A stretch of DNA of 20,000 nucleotides from an uncultured virus (IMG/VR IMGVR_UViG_3300008954_001678) (taxonomy: Duplodnaviria; Heunggongvirae; Uroviricota; Caudoviricetes). Below, one piece after another: positions 15,284-20,000 of this stretch. Each line of letters opens with the position of its first letter. The first letter of the stretch is position 1. The notes under the pieces are model-generated. The model searched no databases, was not told the DNA's origin, and saw only the letters and a program-made list of their open reading frames with translations. Both the position numbers and the translations under genes were made by a program. The stretch lies in IMG/VR virus record IMGVR_UViG_3300008954_001678. One strand, written 5' to 3'.

Positions 15284-18200
15284 ATGCGAAAGATTTTTCT
15301 ATACATATTAACCCTATTAAGTTTAAATTTAACTGCACAAAATGATACGTGGTTAAACCTACAAATACAGTTTGATAATTATCCTGAGGAAGTAGATTGG
15401 AAATTATTTCAATTAGATACCTTATCATCAAATAATATACTAGTAGAGGAGGGAGGACCTTACTATACAACACCTGATTCGGCACTTATCAATATATTTA
15501 TTCCTAATCTAAACTCAAACCAAACATATATTCTTGAAGTACATGACTCTTATGGGGATGGTTTAGGATGGCCATATATGGGGTATGTACATTTATTTAA
15601 TGGTTGTACAGACACAATTTCATATGTTGAGGGTGATTTTGGGGCTTTATATGTTGATACATTAATTATTGCACCGTGTGCCCCTCCACCTTTGGGCTGT
15701 CCAGATACTTTAGCAACAAATTATGACTCAACAGCACAATACACTGATATGAGTGTGTGTACTTATCCTCCATGTTCTAATGGTTTAGATACTTTATGGG
15801 TAGAATCAATTTGTATTAATGGTACTACCAAATTATATTGGCATTGGTCGGACCAAACATCTATTAACCCTAATTGTGGTATTATGGGATATTATCGAGG
15901 AACAGACTTAAATAATCTAAACTATTATCCTTGGCCAGAAACTTGGTCTCAAGGAGGTTTTTATACAACCATTAATCAAACAACACAAGGACAAATGCAT
16001 TATTTTTATGCAATGTTAGGTGATTCTACTTTAACCGATACACTCTCCATTATGCCAATAGATTGCATATTAGGTTGTACAGACCCAACAGCAGTTAATT
16101 ATAATCCATGGGCAAATGAAGATGATGGTTCCTGTCAAAGTGCTGGTGGGAATTGTAATCCTAATGAAACTAATGTAGAAATAACGGTAACCCCAGATTC
16201 CTACCCAGGGGAGACTGGTTGGTCTTTAGTAGATACAACAACAGGAACAGTCTTAGCGTCTGTCAATGCAGGATTTTATAACACACCTGGTATTCCAGTA
16301 ACTACAAGTGTGTGCATAGATACAACTACAATATTACAATTTACATTATCAGACCAATTCGGAGATGGAATGTGTGGTACTTGTTGGGGAGGTATTGATG
16401 GGTCGGTCTTAGTTCAGGCATGTGGAGATACCATAGCCCACCTCGGTCCACCAACACCAATGGACTTTGGTAACGATACTATATTTTCCGCTGTTGCTAC
16501 ACCAGAATGTTTAACAGGGATTGCAATTATAGGTTGTACAGACCCAGGTTACGTAGAGTATAATCCATTAGCGACCCAACACGACTCTATTTCATGTGTT
16601 ACACCTGTAGTTCTAGGATGTACTAACCCTAACTCTTTAAATTATAACCCACTTGCAAATCAACAACTAATAACCTCAAACTGTGATTATACATTACGAC
16701 TATTAGATGGAGCGGGAGATGGTTGGTTCGGTAGTTGGATTGGGGTCGTACAAGGAGATTCTACATATGGTCCTTTTACTTTACAGAATGGAGATACTTT
16801 AGATTTTACAATTAATCTTAATGCCATTCAATCTGCAAAAATATATTTCTTTACAGTAGGTAACTCAGCATCTACCGCAGACCAATGTGGTGTACAATTA
16901 ATAAATCCTATGGGTCAAATTACTTTTTATGGGGGAACAAATCCATGGACGGACCCGCTCTTACAATTTCCATATGTCTATACAACACTTCAGGATTGTG
17001 GAAATAGCTGTATACCAATCGTCAACGGGTGTACAGATTCTGTAGCGTTTAATTACAATTCTACTGCAAATACAGATGACGGTTCTTGTTATTTTAATCC
17101 AGGATGTACTAGTCCAGCTTATTTAGAATTTCATAATCAAGGATTTACAGCAGATTTTGATGATGGGAGTTGTATAACTTTAGCGGAATTTGGATGTATG
17201 GATTCTACACAATTTAATTATAATCAGTATGCAACTGTTGAGTGGGTATCGGCAACCGACCCAACTAATCCATGTGTTCCTAAAATTTATGGGTGTACTG
17301 ACCCGACTGCATTAAATTATGATTCTGTAGCCAATACTATGTTACCAGGTTCATGCATTCCTTACATATATGGATGTACGGATTCTACGATGTTCAATTA
17401 TAATCCTTTAGCAAATGCAGATAATGGGACATGTGAGGCATTTATTTATGGTTGTACTGACCCAGGTGCCATCAACTATGACCCATTAGCTAATACAGAT
17501 GATTTTTCATGTATTCAACCCCTTTATGGTTGTACCGATTCTACGATGTATAACTATAACTCCAACGCGAATGTAGATAACGGGACATGTATTCCTTACA
17601 TATATGGATGTACCAATCCTATAGCACTTAATTATGACCCAACCGCTAATACTGATGATTTTAGTTGTATCCTTCCGATTTATGGGTGTATGGACTCAAC
17701 TATGTTTAATTATAATCCCTTAGCAAATGTAGATAATGGAACATGTGAACCATTTGTTTATGGATGTACTGATGCAACTGCCGCTAACTTCCATCCTCTT
17801 GCAAACACTAACGATAATAGTTGTTATTATGCACCAGGTTGTACCGACCCACTTTATTTAGAATTTTATAGTCAAGGGTTTACGGCTGACTTTGATGATG
17901 GTAGTTGTCTAACATTGGTAGTGTATGGATGTACCGATAATACTATGTTTAATTACAATCCTAACGCAAATATAGATAATGGTTCCTGTGAACCTTTCGT
18001 TTATGGTTGTACGGATTCAACAGCATTTAATTATGACCCAACGGCAAATACAGATAATGGAACTTGTACACCTTTCATTTATGGTTGTATGGACCAGACA
18101 GCATTTAACTATGACCCTGCCGCAAACACCAACCAAGTTTCTGCAACGGACCCGTCTAACCCATGTACACCAATAATATATGGATGTACAGATACGACAG

Positions 18201-18796
18201 CGTTTAATTATGATTCATTGGCTAATACAGATAATGGTTCATGTATCGCAGTTATCTACGGATGTACAGGAGATTACGATTTTCAGGGTTATCTCTACGC
18301 TACTTATCCGAATTACTTACCTGGATTTAATAGTGTAGTCGTAGATAATGTCCACCCGACTGCTAATACAGATGATGGTTCATGTCTCTATTATGATTTA
18401 AATACAGTTACAGGTGCAGGAACACCATATTGGTTAAATGATACCTGTTATGCGTGGGTCGTGTATGAAGTAGACCCTTACTGTTTAACTAATAATTGGG
18501 ACGCATTTTGTCAATCAGAATACGATTACTGTGAATATGGTACCCCTATGGCTTTGGATGATTTGGGGAGAGACCAGATATTGGTTTACCCAAACCCTAC
18601 TAAAGATAAGATAACTATAAAAACAAAAGATAGGATTTATGTTAACATTTATGACATTATTGGCAATCGTATTGTTAATAAAAAAGATATTCAAGAAGAA
18701 GGACAAATAGATTTATCCGAGTTTTCTCCCGGGATATATAATCTTCAAATAAATTATAAAGGAATGATTATAAATCATAAAGTCATCAAACAATGA
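15284..18796 (+). CDS. Large secreted Cys-repeat protein with T9SS type A C-terminal sorting domain, 1170 aa
   Basis: Sec signal peptide ending LTA-Q; about 20 GC(T/M)D..A.NY.P.AN.D.G.C repeats; three D..GDG beta-domain motifs; C-terminal ILVYPNPTKDKITI...IYDIIG....IDLS.FSPGIY.L.I.......KVIKQ (about 18578-18796). Confidence 0.9.
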   Translation: MRKIFLYILTLLSLNLTAQNDTWLNLQIQFDNYPEEVDWKLFQLDTLSSNNILVEEGGPYYTTPDSALINIFIPNLNSNQTYILEVHDSYGDGLGWPYMGYVHLFNGCTDTISYVEGDFGALYVDTLIIAPCAPPPLGCPDTLATNYDSTAQYTDMSVCTYPPCSNGLDTLWVESICINGTTKLYWHWSDQTSINPNCGIMGYYRGTDLNNLNYYPWPETWSQGGFYTTINQTTQGQMHYFYAMLGDSTLTDTLSIMPIDCILGCTDPTAVNYNPWANEDDGSCQSAGGNCNPNETNVEITVTPDSYPGETGWSLVDTTTGTVLASVNAGFYNTPGIPVTTSVCIDTTTILQFTLSDQFGDGMCGTCWGGIDGSVLVQACGDTIAHLGPPTPMDFGNDTIFSAVATPECLTGIAIIGCTDPGYVEYNPLATQHDSISCVTPVVLGCTNPNSLNYNPLANQQLITSNCDYTLRLLDGAGDGWFGSWIGVVQGDSTYGPFTLQNGDTLDFTINLNAIQSAKIYFFTVGNSASTADQCGVQLINPMGQITFYGGTNPWTDPLLQFPYVYTTLQDCGNSCIPIVNGCTDSVAFNYNSTANTDDGSCYFNPGCTSPAYLEFHNQGFTADFDDGSCITLAEFGCMDSTQFNYNQYATVEWVSATDPTNPCVPKIYGCTDPTALNYDSVANTMLPGSCIPYIYGCTDSTMFNYNPLANADNGTCEAFIYGCTDPGAINYDPLANTDDFSCIQPLYGCTDSTMYNYNSNANVDNGTCIPYIYGCTNPIALNYDPTANTDDFSCILPIYGCMDSTMFNYNPLANVDNGTCEPFVYGCTDATAANFHPLANTNDNSCYYAPGCTDPLYLEFYSQGFTADFDDGSCLTLVVYGCTDNTMFNYNPNANIDNGSCEPFVYGCTDSTAFNYDPTANTDNGTCTPFIYGCMDQTAFNYDPAANTNQVSATDPSNPCTPIIYGCTDTTAFNYDSLANTDNGSCIAVIYGCTGDYDFQGYLYATYPNYLPGFNSVVVDNVHPTANTDDGSCLYYDLNTVTGAGTPYWLNDTCYAWVVYEVDPYCLTNNWDAFCQSEYDYCEYGTPMALDDLGRDQILVYPNPTKDKITIKTKDRIYVNIYDIIGNRIVNKKDIQEEGQIDLSEFSPGIYNLQINYKGMIINHKVIKQ
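17020..18390 (+). repeat. Tandem array of about 16 coding repeats (mostly 26 aa / 78 nt) within the T9SS cargo gene
   Basis: Recurring TATGG(A/T/G)TGTA(C/T)NGA units translating to YGCTD...NY...AN.DNG.C. Confidence 0.9.
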
Positions 18797-19221
18797 AACA
18801 ATTAATTAGAAGAATATTAATGGAAGAACAAAAGGGAACTTACCATAGAAGTGGTGACGTCGAAGAGTGGAGGATTAATCCTTATGAGTATAAAACTACA
18901 GATTACCGAGACTTAATAAAAGCGGTGGATAATTTACCGAATACAATTGAGTCGTTAGGTATCCCTACTGAAGTAAAGATGTTTAGTCCGAAGACAGAAA
19001 CATATGCCCCTAACAAGGATAGTGATTGGAAAGAAAAAATAAAAAAAATAATAATGTCCTTACTGAGAAGAGGAAAGATTTTATCTTGGTCATTAAATTC
19101 TTTCTATGGGACTACCAGTAAAGATTATGATAAACATCCATATTACATAGCCTATGAATTACCCGGGTCTATGGAATTTGCGGAACGTATGAGAAGTGGA
19201 GCACACGGTTCACTAGATTAA
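18793..19221 (+). CDS. Hypothetical protein, 142 aa, with N-terminal MKQLIRRILMEE motif
   Basis: ATGA overlap with the T9SS cargo gene stop. Confidence 0.8.
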   Translation: MKQLIRRILMEEQKGTYHRSGDVEEWRINPYEYKTTDYRDLIKAVDNLPNTIESLGIPTEVKMFSPKTETYAPNKDSDWKEKIKKIIMSLLRRGKILSWSLNSFYGTTSKDYDKHPYYIAYELPGSMEFAERMRSGAHGSLD

Positions 19222-19231
19222 AAAAAAATAA

Positions 19232-19828
19232 ATGAAAGAATTAAATATATTTATAAAAAATAATTTAGGTAGTGTGTATCTAACCATACTCATACTATTT
19301 TGGATTATGGTATTATCGGCATGTGAGAAAGAACCTATTGTACCTTTTGAACCTCCATCAGCTATAAATCCTAGTGAAATAGAGGGTGAATGGAGTGTAA
19401 CTAAATTCTACTTTGTAGAAGAAGGGTATAGATTAGATTTATCCGCGTGGGTAGTATATGTAGATGATTCTACTTTTAATGTAGGAACCGTAACATTTAA
19501 TGGAACAGCTGATTTTGACTTAATATATGGAACTCGAGCAGAAGGTTATGCTGATACAGTAAGGTGGGGGAATAATCATAATTCAGTATTACAAGATAGT
19601 TCTATATTAGGGTGGAATTGGAGAGCGGAGAAACCTTTATGTAATATAACTGACTATCAGTATGAGTATAATCCCGCTCAGTATTTTTTAGGTTTAAATA
19701 CGGAAGAATGGACTACAACATATAAAACAACGACTAAATGGGTAATAGAAAATACCCGTCATTACGATAACCAGTTAGAATTAACAGGAGAACATTTTCA
19801 ATATAGAGAATTAACATTAGAACGATAA
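19232..19828 (+). CDS. Bacteroidota-type lipoprotein, 198 aa, lipocalin-like
   Basis: Hydrophobic core then LSAC lipobox followed by EKE; IEGEW resembles the lipocalin GxW motif; ends with a beta strand ELTLER. Confidence 0.8.
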   Translation: MKELNIFIKNNLGSVYLTILILFWIMVLSACEKEPIVPFEPPSAINPSEIEGEWSVTKFYFVEEGYRLDLSAWVVYVDDSTFNVGTVTFNGTADFDLIYGTRAEGYADTVRWGNNHNSVLQDSSILGWNWRAEKPLCNITDYQYEYNPAQYFLGLNTEEWTTTYKTTTKWVIENTRHYDNQLELTGEHFQYRELTLER

Positions 19829-19834
19829 AATATT

Positions 19835-20000
19835 ATGGCAGAAAAAGAAAGTTTTTTACAAAAAATAGACCCACAAATGTGGCTCACACTTATCGGGTTT
19901 GTTTTTACCCTAGGAATCATATACGGTGAATTTCAAACGATGAAAAATCAAATATATATTTTTGAAGAAAAGCAAAAAGCGTTTGATGAGGACTTTGAAC
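19835..20000 (+). CDS. Partial membrane-anchored coiled-coil protein (runs off the window)
   Basis: MAEKESFLQKIDPQMWLTLIGFVFTLGIIYGEFQTMKNQIYIFEEKQKAFDEDFE..., open to the end of the window. Confidence 0.7.
   Translation, partial: MAEKESFLQKIDPQMWLTLIGFVFTLGIIYGEFQTMKNQIYIFEEKQKAFDEDFE

Noticed and set aside
17020..18390. CRISPR array or DGR template/variable repeat
   Set aside because: Repeats are in-frame, degenerate at synonymous positions and have no unique spacers. No cas or reverse transcriptase gene and no adenine-specific mismatch pattern was seen.
671..18706. Short ORF-track entries antisense or out of frame to longer genes (671..853, 1052..1252, 1565..1786, 2120..2404, 6107..6394, 8666..8848, 9475..9762, 10040..10447, 10698..10883, 11063..11290, 13004..13318, 13385..13597, 14627..14932, 15216..15485, 17979..18176, 18515..18706)
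   Set aside because: They overlap better-supported genes and have the Ser/Phe/Leu-rich composition typical of shadow frames.

Overview
AT-rich, gene-dense window that reads as part of a large (jumbo-type) tailed bacteriophage genome, probably infecting Bacteroidota (Flavobacteriales-like). No core virion or replication gene lies in the window, so phage origin is an inference. It rests on the many ORFan genes, a tRNA-Arg(TCT) plus tmRNA pair, a lone glucose-1-phosphate thymidylyltransferase and recurrent (I/L)-x-E motif proteins. The host inference rests on a T9SS C-terminal sorting domain, Bacteroidota-type lipoproteins, TTTG-N19/20-TAnnTTTG promoters, a Gly-initiated tmRNA tag and the lack of obvious Shine-Dalgarno sites. 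Highlights: (1) two paralogous ~610-620 aa proteins with an annexin-like repeat and a peptidoglycan-binding domain, one split by a single in-frame TAA; (2) a 1170-aa Cys-repeat T9SS cargo protein and two surface-type lipoproteins; (3) a tmRNA with an unusually long 21-residue tag ending VVA; (4) an unannotated 23-aa, 6-Cys metallothionein-like peptide; (5) a DUF4314-like plus PD-(D/E)XK-like 689-aa protein; (6) two promoter classes (host sigma-type and TATTTAT); (7) a possible convergent small-RNA pair at about 5.05-5.2 kb. All domain calls are by-eye motif recognition, not database results.
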